DNA of 55,501 nucleotides from an uncultured Wenzhouxiangella sp. (lineage in GTDB: Bacteria; Pseudomonadota; Gammaproteobacteria; Xanthomonadales; Wenzhouxiangellaceae): assembly GCA_964540315.1 (NCBI GenBank), contig CAZIMY010000001.1, positions 1-55,501 of the forward strand. The letters run 5' to 3'. This document shows positions 1 to 8,864 of the stretch, in pieces (positions within the stretch are counted from its first letter, which is position 1; each line of letters opens with the position of its first letter). A program made the position numbers and the translations under genes. The notes below the pieces were generated by a model. The model did not search any database. It was not told where the DNA came from and saw nothing but the letters and a program-made list of their open reading frames with translations.

Positions 1-249
1 AAGCTGGTTGACGACCTGGATGACGTCGCCGGTTGACGGATGAACCGCGTCAAATTGTATGGGTGCCAGAACCGCCGACAAAACCCAGACGAAAAGCATG
101 AGTAAAAAGAACAGAACCGCCGGGTCGGGCAGCTTGTTGCCGACCGTCTCGATGGTCCCCAGTGAGCGTTCGAGCCAGGTGCGTTTGCCCGGCAACACTT
201 TGTGCAAGTCTGGGTTGGGAGAAGAACTGTTGTTGTCTTTTTCGCTCAT
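1..249 (-). CDS. abgT: AbgT family transporter (p-aminobenzoyl-glutamate/antimetabolite transporter), N-terminal part, runs off the window edge
   Basis: Not in ORF track. Manual translation from ATG 249 gives MSEKDNNSSSPNPDLHKVLPGKRTWLERSLGTIETVGNKLPDPAVLFFLLMLFVWVLSAVLAPIQFDAVHPSTGDVIQVVNQL, open to the edge. 'IETVGNKLPDPAVLF' plus a TM helix is the AbgT N-terminal signature. Confidence 0.85.
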   Translation of the reverse strand, partial: MSEKDNNSSSPNPDLHKVLPGKRTWLERSLGTIETVGNKLPDPAVLFFLLMLFVWVLSAVLAPIQFDAVHPSTGDVIQVVNQL

Positions 250-359
250 GCTGGGTCCCTGATGAAATCCGGCCTGGCACGACGCAGGGTCGCGCGACTG
301 CCGCGAACCTTAGCACACACCAAAAGGTTCAGCCAGACGCGGATCCGGCGACGAAAAGA

Positions 360-677
360 TCAGCGCCCTCTGCGCGGGCCATCCAGCGGCAGTGGGGTTA
401 CTTTCTCTCCGGACTTCGAATCACGAATTGCGCAGGTGCCCCGCTTGCGCACTTGTTCTACCCGTATCACCGAGTGCATGGGCAAATGGACGCGCTCAAC
501 GCCAGCAAACTCTTCGCGCAGGCGCTCTTCTGTCGGATCGATCACCAGCGATTCATCGGTTTCGAACACCAGTCCGCGCATCTCGACAAAGCCGTAGGCC
601 ATATCGCTGCCTTCGACTTTCTCGCAGAAGAGTTCGTAGACCTTGTTCTGATTGTGGAAAATTACCTTGAACATCAT
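360..677 (-). CDS. DUF1820 family protein
   Basis: FKVIFHNQNKVYEL...YGFVE...DPTEERLREEFAGV..HLPMHSVIRVEQV matches DUF1820; 4-bp overlap with the rhomboid stop. Confidence 0.85.
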   Translation of the reverse strand: MMFKVIFHNQNKVYELFCEKVEGSDMAYGFVEMRGLVFETDESLVIDPTEERLREEFAGVERVHLPMHSVIRVEQVRKRGTCAIRDSKSGEKVTPLPLDGPRRGR

Positions 678-1384
678 TCATCTCGATAGGAAAGATTGAT
701 CTTTGCAGGCACCGCCCGAAGCAGTATTGCCGCGCCAACCCCGATGACAAAGCCGGCCAGATGCGCCGACCAGGCAACGCTATGCGAAGCAGGACCAAAA
801 ACGCTGTAGAGCAACTGCAATGTAAACCAAGATCCGATCACCAGCACCGCCGGAACTCGCGCGAACTGCAGATAAAGCCCCAGTGGGAGCCACAAGCCCA
901 TGCGCCGGCGCGGGAAAAGACCGAGATAGACCCCGATGACGGCAGAAACGCCACCGCTGGCGCCGATGACCGGAAGATTCTGAACGTCGTAAAGCTGCCA
1001 GGCTGCGTAAAGATTGGCCAGGCCGCCCAAAAGGAAAAACAGAAGTGCAAACCGCCAATGCCCAACCGCTTTTTCAACGCTGACGCCGAATGCCCAGAGG
1101 TAAGCCAGATTGCCTAAGAGATGAAACCAATCTGCGTGCAAAAACAGCGCTGAAAGCAATCCGGTCAGCGTCTTCCAAGATGCCTGGGACCAGGGATCGG
1201 ACATGGCGGTCACAATATCGCCGGGGCGAAAACTCCAGAACGCCAACCAGCCCTGGGCACTGTGCAGACCATCAAGCAGATACGCGGTACTGACCGCAAT
1301 CATCGCCAGAGAAACGACGGTCAAAAGCCAGGGCCACAGCAGGCCCGGCGCCGCCACCGACGGCGCTGAATAGCTCAACCTCAT
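674..1384 (-). CDS. Rhomboid family intramembrane serine protease
   Basis: LFLHADWFHLLGN, catalytic GASGG serine and AHLAGF histidine, multiple TM helices. Confidence 0.92.
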   Translation of the reverse strand: MRLSYSAPSVAAPGLLWPWLLTVVSLAMIAVSTAYLLDGLHSAQGWLAFWSFRPGDIVTAMSDPWSQASWKTLTGLLSALFLHADWFHLLGNLAYLWAFGVSVEKAVGHWRFALLFFLLGGLANLYAAWQLYDVQNLPVIGASGGVSAVIGVYLGLFPRRRMGLWLPLGLYLQFARVPAVLVIGSWFTLQLLYSVFGPASHSVAWSAHLAGFVIGVGAAILLRAVPAKINLSYRDE

Positions 1385-2256
1385 GGCCTAAGCAGGAATC
1401 GGTAGTCGCGAAATTCTACGATGGCACCCTGACGGACGATTTCTGCCAGGCGTACGCCACCGCCCAGGGCTGTACCCTCCAGCCTGCGCTCGCCGTTGAT
1501 CAGGACGAAGCGTTCGGCGGGTTCGCCACTGAAAACATGGATGCTCAGATCGAGCTCGGGCAGCTCCTGCCGAACAGATAATGGAAGATCCCAGACTTCC
1601 ACAAACTCGATCCGCTCAGGCTCCCAGTTTCCATCTTCAGCCCCATCGTCCGACGGTTGTGGCGAATCAGAAGAGCGCGCTGTCGCCGGTTGCTCCGTTG
1701 CCGAGCCGCCTGTCGGCGGGCTTTGGGTTTGCTCCTCGATCAATCGGCGGGCCTGTTCCGGGTCTGTGACCAGCCGCTCACGCTCGCCCTGTGGCACAAC
1801 CGGAGGCGGCTTGGGCACGGTGCCCGGTCGGGCCGGGGCCGGACGGGACACTGTGGTGACAGGCTCCTGGTTCGGTGAACGCCGGTCTATGACCGTCCGT
1901 CTTCTGCGTGGCGCTGGCTCTTTTTCTTCCCCTGGAACGCCCGCTTCGGATTCCGGGCCTAAAGCCTGCTCAGCCGCGGTCCGGTCGACCGAGCCGCTCT
2001 GGTCTGCCGGCGAAGACGCTGTGACCTCCGGGGCCTCCGCCACGCTGCTTGCGCTTTTGTCGGTCTGACTGAAAAGCAGCCAGTAGCCAAGCGTGGCAAC
2101 GACCGTAATGAGGACCACGACGATCGCTGCGATGCGCAGTCTGGATGAGTGCGCAGAGCTGGACGAGGGTGTGACAGGTGCTGAATGAAGATCGGGCGAC
2201 TGTCCCAGGCGACGCTGATCTTCGGACTTTCGCAAAGCATCAAGAATATAGGACAC
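1381..2256 (-). CDS. gspB: General secretion pathway protein B (GspB/ExeB)
   Basis: N-terminal MSYILDALRKSE motif, single TM, Pro/Ser-rich linker, C-terminal LPELDLSIHVFS..RFVLING domain; GTG start 3 bp after exeA. Confidence 0.88.
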   Translation of the reverse strand: MSYILDALRKSEDQRRLGQSPDLHSAPVTPSSSSAHSSRLRIAAIVVVLITVVATLGYWLLFSQTDKSASSVAEAPEVTASSPADQSGSVDRTAAEQALGPESEAGVPGEEKEPAPRRRRTVIDRRSPNQEPVTTVSRPAPARPGTVPKPPPVVPQGERERLVTDPEQARRLIEEQTQSPPTGGSATEQPATARSSDSPQPSDDGAEDGNWEPERIEFVEVWDLPLSVRQELPELDLSIHVFSGEPAERFVLINGERRLEGTALGGGVRLAEIVRQGAIVEFRDYRFLLRP

Positions 2257-2259
2257 GGA

Positions 2260-3828
2260 TTAGTCGGCTCCGTTGAAGTCGTAAATCAAGGACGGCCCGT
2301 CCAGATGCGGCGCCTTCAGGAAAAGCCGGGTCACCGGGCCTATCACGCCGTCATCCTGCAGGCCGTTTCGACGCTGAAACGCTTCCACCCAGCGCGTAAA
2401 CTGCGGGTCATAGATCTCGTCAACCGCCCCGGTCCATGGCCCGGTTTCCAGCCGGGCAGCCAGTGATTTCATCTGGCGCACCGCCGTGGCGACCGTTTCG
2501 GGACGCAGCAGGGTTCCCGGATCGGGCCAAACCACGTAGAAGTCGCCCAACCACCAGCGATCCAGCTGGCGGGCCGGCACGCGCAGCTCCTGGCCCTGGT
2601 GTCGAAGCAACAGCTGTTCGCCGACAATACCGGTCAGCAAAACCTGTCGATCCGTGGTCGCCAGTCCCTCGCTCAGTCTCAGAATGACCGGCAATCCGAT
2701 TTGTCCGATATAGGCCCAATTCCCTCTTAGAGCGACGCAGCCCACGCCGTCAACCACCGGATCCGGCGACTCGCACGCCGTCGCAATGCTTTGCTGATCC
2801 AGTCCCGACCACGCGGCGGCCGCTTCCATCGACGCGCTCATGGGAGAACTGTCAGTCAGAGCGACCTGCCAGGTTGGCTGTGCCAGCGTGACCTGATCGG
2901 GTTGTTCGGTTTGGGTCAGCGTCCATGACAGCCAAACGCCGCCTGCAAGAACCGCAAGAACGGCCAGGGTTGCGATGGCACCCCGCAGCCATCCGCCCTC
3001 GGACTCCGCCTCTTCGTCGCCAGTGACCTCGCGGGCAGCGGAGGTCACCAGGCCGGCGTTGATGCGCTCAATTTCACCGGAAAAACCGGCCAGCAGGGCG
3101 CGGTCAGAAATGATGTTGATCAGACGTGGTACCCCGCCGGAGGTCTTGTAGATTTCGCGAAGCGCTTTGTCGCTGAATGGGCACCGTGGTGCGCCCGCGA
3201 CTTTGAGACGATGGCGAACGTAAGCGGCGGTTTCATCCTGATTGAGCGGGTCCAGATGGTATCGGGCTGTTATCCGTTGAGCCAACTGGCGCAACTCCGG
3301 CCGCCCCAGAAGTTCGCGCAGCTCCGGCTGTCCAAGCAACAGGATCTGGAGCAGTTTGTCGGTTGCTGTTTCGAGGTTGGTCAACAACCGGACCTGTTCC
3401 AGACCCTCCCGACTCATGTTTTGCGCCTCATCGACAATGACCACGACCCGCTCGCCGTTGGCGTGACGATCAAGCAGGTACTGGTAGAGGCGCGCCACAA
3501 GCTCCTGCATGCTCTCGCCGGCGCCGGTGAGGTCGATGGATAACTCGGCGCAGATTGCCCGCAGAAGCTCAGGCGGGCTGAGCATGGGATTCAGAATCAG
3601 AGCAACCCGCGTGTCTTCCGGAACCTTCTCAAGAACCAGGCGACACAGCGTGGTCTTGCCCGTACCAATCTCACCGGTCAGCTGAACAAAGCCCCCGCTG
3701 CCGCCGGTGCCCACGCCGTACAGCAAATGGGCCAGTGCATCCTGATGGCGCTGGCTGAGAAATACAAAACGCGGATTAGGCGTAATTGCGAAGGGACGCT
3801 CGCTCAGGCCGTAAAACGACTCGTACAT
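2260..3828 (-). CDS. exeA: ExeA/GspA family AAA ATPase with C-terminal peptidoglycan-binding domain
   Basis: MYESFYGLSERPFAITPNPRF, Walker A GEIGTGKT, Walker B IVDEAQ, LLGQPEL, GGVPRLIN, one TM, PG-binding FQRRNGLQDDGVIGPVT. Confidence 0.92.
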   Translation of the reverse strand: MYESFYGLSERPFAITPNPRFVFLSQRHQDALAHLLYGVGTGGSGGFVQLTGEIGTGKTTLCRLVLEKVPEDTRVALILNPMLSPPELLRAICAELSIDLTGAGESMQELVARLYQYLLDRHANGERVVVIVDEAQNMSREGLEQVRLLTNLETATDKLLQILLLGQPELRELLGRPELRQLAQRITARYHLDPLNQDETAAYVRHRLKVAGAPRCPFSDKALREIYKTSGGVPRLINIISDRALLAGFSGEIERINAGLVTSAAREVTGDEEAESEGGWLRGAIATLAVLAVLAGGVWLSWTLTQTEQPDQVTLAQPTWQVALTDSSPMSASMEAAAAWSGLDQQSIATACESPDPVVDGVGCVALRGNWAYIGQIGLPVILRLSEGLATTDRQVLLTGIVGEQLLLRHQGQELRVPARQLDRWWLGDFYVVWPDPGTLLRPETVATAVRQMKSLAARLETGPWTGAVDEIYDPQFTRWVEAFQRRNGLQDDGVIGPVTRLFLKAPHLDGPSLIYDFNGAD

Positions 3829-3831
3829 CGA

Positions 3832-6800
3832 CTAATCCGACAACGCCAGCAAAGTCGCATTGCCACCGACCGCCGCGGTATTGACTGTTCGCGTCCGTTC
3901 AGTGGTAAACCGGAACAGGTACTGCGGCCCGCCAGCCTTGGGACCTGTACCGGAAAGACCCTCGCCTCCGAAAGGTTGGACACCCACCATGGCACCGGTC
4001 ATGTTGCGATTGATGTAGGCGTTGCCGACCTTCACGCGGCTGGCAACATAGCGCTGAAAACGATCAATGCGGCTGTGAACGCCTAGCGTCAGGCCATAAC
4101 CCGTGTCGTTGATTTGATCGATTAAACGGTCAAGGTCTCGTGCGGCATAACGCACCACGTGCAGTACGGGCCCAAAGATCTCTCTATCGAGCTCGGTAAT
4201 GGCTCCGATTTCGTAGGCACAGGGGGCAAACCAATAGCCTTGCGGAAGGTTTTCAGGCATTGGAGCACGCGCGACCAGACGAGCCCGAGCATCCATCAGT
4301 TCGCAGTGGTCTTTGAGCATTTTCAGCTGCGAACGATCTATTACCGGCCCCACATCAGTGCTGAGAAGACCGGGCATGCCAATTCGAATCTCACGCATTG
4401 CACCCTTCAACATCTCAACGACGCGATCGGCAATGTCTGTTTGCAAACAAAGAACTCGGAGCGCCGAACACCTTTGGCCCGCGCTGTGGAAGGCTGAACT
4501 GATCACATCCCGGACCACTTGCTCAGGCAGTGCCGAGGAATCGACGACCATGGCATTCAGGCCGCCGGTCTCAGCGATGAGAGTTGCAAGTGGCCCATCC
4601 CGTGCGGCCAGGGTCTGGTTGATCACGCGGGCGGTCTCGGTAGAACCGGTAAAAGCGACACCGTGAATGCGCGGGTCCTGGGTCAGCGCCGCACCCACCG
4701 ATCCATCGCCAGGCAGGACGGTCAAGACGTCGGCGGGCACGCCCGCCTGATGCATCAATTCAGCCGTCCGCATGGCAATCAGCGGTGTTTGTTCCGCGGG
4801 CTTGGCGACAACGGCATTGCCGGCGACCAGAGCAGCCGCGATCTGCCCAGTGAAAATGGCCAAAGGGAAATTCCACGGACTGATGCACACAAACACCCCG
4901 CGACCATGGTGCGAGAGCTGATTGGACTCGCCGGTAGGACCGGGCAAGTCGATTGGCACAGCCAGATGATCACGAGCCTGCCGGGCATAGTATCGGCAGA
5001 AATCAGCGGCCTCGCGCACTTCGGCGATGCCGTCGTGCAGCGTCTTGCCCGCTTCCCGCGTGCACAGAGCCATCAATTCGGCTCGATTGGCCTCCAGTGC
5101 GTCGGCGATCTTATCCAGAACGTCGGCCCGGCCTGAGGCGCCGAGCGCATCCCAACCAGGCTGAGCCAACAGCGCCTTGCCGACGGCTTCGGGCGCTGTA
5201 TCAGCCGACTCCCAGCGAACGAACCCGGTGCAATCACTCGTATCCGCTGGCGAGAACATTCTGACAGTGCTTTGCTTTTTCTCAGTTGCTTGCTCGCTGC
5301 GCATACCCCACTGGCCGCAGCCAACATCATCCATCTGCTCGCTCAGGGCGTCGGTTGCGCCGTCCCAGGCGAAATTGATGCCGCGGGAATTGCGCCGACT
5401 GGCGCCGAAGAGATCGACCGGGAGGGGTATCCTCGGATGAGAAATCGCTTCAAGGCCCTCGACCTGTTCAAGCGGATCGCTCACCACTTCCTCGGCGGGC
5501 AGTTTTTCATCGACGATACGGTTTACAAACGAGGTATTCGCGCCATTTTCAAGCAAGCGGCGAACCAGGTAAGGAAGTAAATCCTTGTGGTCGCCCACTG
5601 GCGCATAGACTCGACACGCGCCGTTGAAGTCAGTGTTGTCGAGCACTTCGTTATAAAGCGCCGCGCCCATCCCGTGGAGGCGCTGATACTCAAAGTCCTC
5701 GCGCTGCGGCGCCATTTCAGCGATGGCGGCAATGGTGTGGGCGTTATGGGTGGCGAACTGCGCATAGAAACAGTCCGGATGCGCAAGCAGTTTTCTGGCG
5801 CAGGCCAGGTAGGACAAATCGGTATTGCATTTGCGGGTAAACACCGGGTAGTCGTCAAGGCGTTCGACCTGCGCAAACTTGATTTCGGTATCCCAATACG
5901 CCCCTTTGACCAGTCGAACCGGGATCCGATGGCCAGTCTTGCGGGCGCGGTCTGCGAGCCATTCAATGGCTGACCAGGCGCGCTTCTGATAAGCCTGCAG
6001 CGCCAACCCAAGGCCGTTCCAGCCCTTCAGCCTGGGATCGTCCAGCACCCTTTCAAAAATTTTGAGCGAGAGCTGCAGGCGCTCGGCTTCTTCGGCATCC
6101 ACCGTCAGCGCAATGCCCTGTTGCTTGGCCAGTGCGGCCAGCTCAGCGAGGACCGGTGTGATCTGCTCGATCACCTGCTGCTCGCGGCCATGCTCGTAAC
6201 GCGGGTGCAATGCAGAGAGCTTCACAGAGATACTGGGTAACCCAAAGATGTCGTCGTTGTCAGTGGTTCGGCCGATCGCCCGGATGGCCGCTTCATAAGA
6301 GTGCCGATAGCGCTCGGCATCCTCGGCCGTCAGCGCCGCTTCACCGAGCATGTCAAACGAGTATCTGAAGCGTCGATTTTCGCTTCGGCACGAGCGTTCC
6401 AGGGCGTCATCAATCGATCGGCCCATGACGTACTGGTGCCCCATGATGCGCATGGCCTGACGAATCGCGACCCGGACGACGGGCTCACCAGAACGATTGA
6501 CCAAACGCCCCATGACCGAGCTCAGCTTGCCGGTAGTCGCCGAGCCGAGCCGAACCAGACGGCCGGTCAACATCAAGCCCCAGGTTGACGCATTCACGAA
6601 CAGCGAATCGCTTCGTCCAAGATGCGCTTCCCAGTCAGCCTCTGCAAGCTTGTCAGCAATGAGTTGCTCGGCCGTTTCGCTATCGGGAATCCGCAGCAGA
6701 GCCTCGGCGAGGCACATGAGAACCACGCCCTCCTCCGAGGAAAGATCGTATTCCCGCATAAAGGCTTCCATAGCCCCGGGATCCTTACTACGCTCGCGCA

Positions 6801-6987
6801 CCCGCTCGACCAAGCTGACGGCTTTTTCCGATATACGCTGCCTGGCGTCTTGGTCGAGACCGATCTGCCCTATGAGATGGGCAACCTGATCGGCCTCTTT
6901 GATGGCCCAGCCTGCGTCGAGCCGACGGGTTGCCTCGTCGGCCGAGGGCGCCTCGTCGCGGACGAAAATTGGAAGAGAATCAGCCAT
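3832..6987 (-). CDS. putA: Bifunctional proline dehydrogenase / L-glutamate gamma-semialdehyde dehydrogenase PutA (no N-terminal RHH domain evident)
   Basis: EGVVLMCLAEALLRIPD, SFDMLGEAA, RLVKGAYWD, FATHN, YLVRRLLENGANTSFV, ISPWNFPLAIF, ETGGLN, SAGQRCSA; 1051 aa. Confidence 0.97.
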   Translation of the reverse strand: MADSLPIFVRDEAPSADEATRRLDAGWAIKEADQVAHLIGQIGLDQDARQRISEKAVSLVERVRERSKDPGAMEAFMREYDLSSEEGVVLMCLAEALLRIPDSETAEQLIADKLAEADWEAHLGRSDSLFVNASTWGLMLTGRLVRLGSATTGKLSSVMGRLVNRSGEPVVRVAIRQAMRIMGHQYVMGRSIDDALERSCRSENRRFRYSFDMLGEAALTAEDAERYRHSYEAAIRAIGRTTDNDDIFGLPSISVKLSALHPRYEHGREQQVIEQITPVLAELAALAKQQGIALTVDAEEAERLQLSLKIFERVLDDPRLKGWNGLGLALQAYQKRAWSAIEWLADRARKTGHRIPVRLVKGAYWDTEIKFAQVERLDDYPVFTRKCNTDLSYLACARKLLAHPDCFYAQFATHNAHTIAAIAEMAPQREDFEYQRLHGMGAALYNEVLDNTDFNGACRVYAPVGDHKDLLPYLVRRLLENGANTSFVNRIVDEKLPAEEVVSDPLEQVEGLEAISHPRIPLPVDLFGASRRNSRGINFAWDGATDALSEQMDDVGCGQWGMRSEQATEKKQSTVRMFSPADTSDCTGFVRWESADTAPEAVGKALLAQPGWDALGASGRADVLDKIADALEANRAELMALCTREAGKTLHDGIAEVREAADFCRYYARQARDHLAVPIDLPGPTGESNQLSHHGRGVFVCISPWNFPLAIFTGQIAAALVAGNAVVAKPAEQTPLIAMRTAELMHQAGVPADVLTVLPGDGSVGAALTQDPRIHGVAFTGSTETARVINQTLAARDGPLATLIAETGGLNAMVVDSSALPEQVVRDVISSAFHSAGQRCSALRVLCLQTDIADRVVEMLKGAMREIRIGMPGLLSTDVGPVIDRSQLKMLKDHCELMDARARLVARAPMPENLPQGYWFAPCAYEIGAITELDREIFGPVLHVVRYAARDLDRLIDQINDTGYGLTLGVHSRIDRFQRYVASRVKVGNAYINRNMTGAMVGVQPFGGEGLSGTGPKAGGPQYLFRFTTERTRTVNTAAVGGNATLLALSD

Positions 6988-7056
6988 AAGCGAAAGTGTA
7001 ACGCAGGCGGTCGCAGAGGACTTGTTTCAAGGGCGTTGGTCGACATAAGAGTGTTT

Positions 7057-7070
7057 TTGATCTGGATCAT
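7057..7070. promoter_or_regulatory. FNR/CRP-family box-like site in the putA / cox divergent intergenic region
   Basis: TTGAT-CTGG-ATCAT is a 9/10 match to the FNR consensus TTGAT-N4-ATCAA and abuts TTGACA (7070-7075). Confidence 0.5.
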
Positions 7071-7159
7071 TGACACACATGAACAAAAACACACGCCACC
7101 GCCGATAGGGGTCGGCTACAATACGCCGGTCCCAAATATTCAGATCCGCTTAAGAGCGA

Positions 7160-7672
7160 TTGCTTTTGCTAAAAGACATACGTAAATCAAACGATTGCGT
7201 TGTTATCGAAGCGAAATCCAACGTTTCTATGACGCTTGATCAGTTGATGGCTGTGTTCGCCGGCTTGTGCGTGCTAACACTGCTCGTCGTTGCTTGGCCG
7301 GTGCTCATGGGGCTGTGGCCGATGCTCGCGATCGCGCTGCTGCACCTCTTTGCGGTCGGGTGGTGTTTTCGCAGCGCCTGGCGCGATAACTGGGCGCGCG
7401 AGATTTTTCGAATAGACGATGACGCGCTGATCGTTGACCACTTCAGCGCTAAACACCGGATCACGAATAAATGGTCGGTTGCCTGGACGCGATTGGTCCG
7501 GGAGCAAGGTAAGTTCGGTGAAATCCATCTGGTTTTGATGGGCCAGGGAAAGCGGCAGGAAATCGGTGCATTCTTGCCGACCGGAGAGCGCGAACGCTTG
7601 GCAAGAATGCTTGAGCGCGCGCTCCGTCCACAAATGACATGGTCCAGCGCAAAACCCATACAGGTAAGCTGA
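7160..7672 (+). CDS. DUF2244 family membrane protein
   Basis: Two TM helices (WPVLMGLWPML), ARE..I motif, C-terminal EIGAFL..GERERLA..L; sits directly upstream of coxB; start uncertain. Confidence 0.8.
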   Translation: MLLLKDIRKSNDCVVIEAKSNVSMTLDQLMAVFAGLCVLTLLVVAWPVLMGLWPMLAIALLHLFAVGWCFRSAWRDNWAREIFRIDDDALIVDHFSAKHRITNKWSVAWTRLVREQGKFGEIHLVLMGQGKRQEIGAFLPTGERERLARMLERALRPQMTWSSAKPIQVS

Positions 7673-7674
7673 GG

Positions 7675-8823
7675 ATGAAAAGAACAAACGAAGTAATTGT
7701 GGGGATTGCGGTGCTCGCCGTGACCTGCGTCATTACCTGGGGCGTTTTCGCCGTAGGTGACAACATGACGCCGGGCGTGAGCACCTACAGTCGCGATGTA
7801 TTCCAGCTGCACAATACGATCCTGGGCATCGTGACGATTATCGGCGTGCTTGTTTTTACCGCCATGTTTACCTCGATCGTCGTCCATCGGCGCTCCAAGG
7901 GGTACAAGGCTGCCAACTTTTCGCACTCCACGAAAGCTGAAATCATCTGGACGGCAATCCCGATTGTCATTCTGGTCGTGATGTCAATACCCGCGACCCG
8001 AGTTCTGATCGACATGGAGCGAACCGGCGGCGCTGATATGAATATCAAAGTCACCGGCTACCAGTGGCTTTGGCAGTACGAATACGTGGAAGACGGTGTG
8101 ACCTTCTACTCCGCGCTGGACCGGGACAGCAACCGCGCCCGCCAGCTCGATTCCGGCGTTGATCCGCGCGATGTCGACAACTACCTGCTCGAGGTTGATA
8201 ACCCATTGGTCGTGCCGGTCGGCACTCGAATTCGCTTCCTTCTGACCTCGGATGACGTGATCCATTCCTGGTGGGTTCCGGACCTTGGCTGGAAGAGAGA
8301 CGCGATTCCAGGGATGATCAACGAGGCCTGGACGCTGATCGAAGAGGAAGGCACTTACCGTGGCCAGTGCGCGGAGTTGTGCGGCGCCGACCATGGGTTC
8401 ATGCCCATTGTCGTCGAGGCCGTGTCGCAGGAGGATTATCAAGCCTGGCTGGCCGGACAGCGCAACGAGATTGCCAGCGCGGCGCACGATCAGGCCCGCC
8501 TCTGGACCCGGGAAGAGTTGATGAATCATGGGTCAGAGGTTTACGAAGCCCAGTGCGCATCCTGTCATCAGCCCGATGGCAGTGGACTTGAACCGGCCTT
8601 TCCGGCGCTGGTCAGCAACGGGGCACCCAGCGGCGATCTCGACTCACACATGATGACGGTGATGAACGGACGGGAGGGAACCGCTATGGCGGCGTTCCGG
8701 GATCGTCTCCAGCCGCAGGATATCGCCGCGGCACTAACTTTTGCGCGCAATGCGTGGAATGCCGAAGGAACGGAAGGCGAAGTTGTTCAGCCTTCGGCAA
8801 TCGCGGACTTTGATCAGGGTTGA
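7675..8823 (+). CDS. coxB: Cytochrome c oxidase subunit II with C-terminal cytochrome c domain
   Basis: [21 protein letters not shown] and [12 protein letters not shown] CuA ligands; C-terminal CASCH heme motif; ATG 7675 after GAGG. Confidence 0.95.
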   Translation: MKRTNEVIVGIAVLAVTCVITWGVFAVGDNMTPGVSTYSRDVFQLHNTILGIVTIIGVLVFTAMFTSIVVHRRSKGYKAANFSHSTKAEIIWTAIPIVILVVMSIPATRVLIDMERTGGADMNIKVTGYQWLWQYEYVEDGVTFYSALDRDSNRARQLDSGVDPRDVDNYLLEVDNPLVVPVGTRIRFLLTSDDVIHSWWVPDLGWKRDAIPGMINEAWTLIEEEGTYRGQCAELCGADHGFMPIVVEAVSQEDYQAWLAGQRNEIASAAHDQARLWTREELMNHGSEVYEAQCASCHQPDGSGLEPAFPALVSNGAPSGDLDSHMMTVMNGREGTAMAAFRDRLQPQDIAAALTFARNAWNAEGTEGEVVQPSAIADFDQG

Positions 8824-8864
8824 TGAGCGAGAAAGCATCGCCACAGAACGAACAGGAAAAACTT

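Noticed and set aside
50-316. 88-aa minus-strand ORF and overlapping plus-strand ORFs at the window start
   Set aside because: A different minus frame (ATG 249 to the edge) carries a clear AbgT signature, so these are shadows
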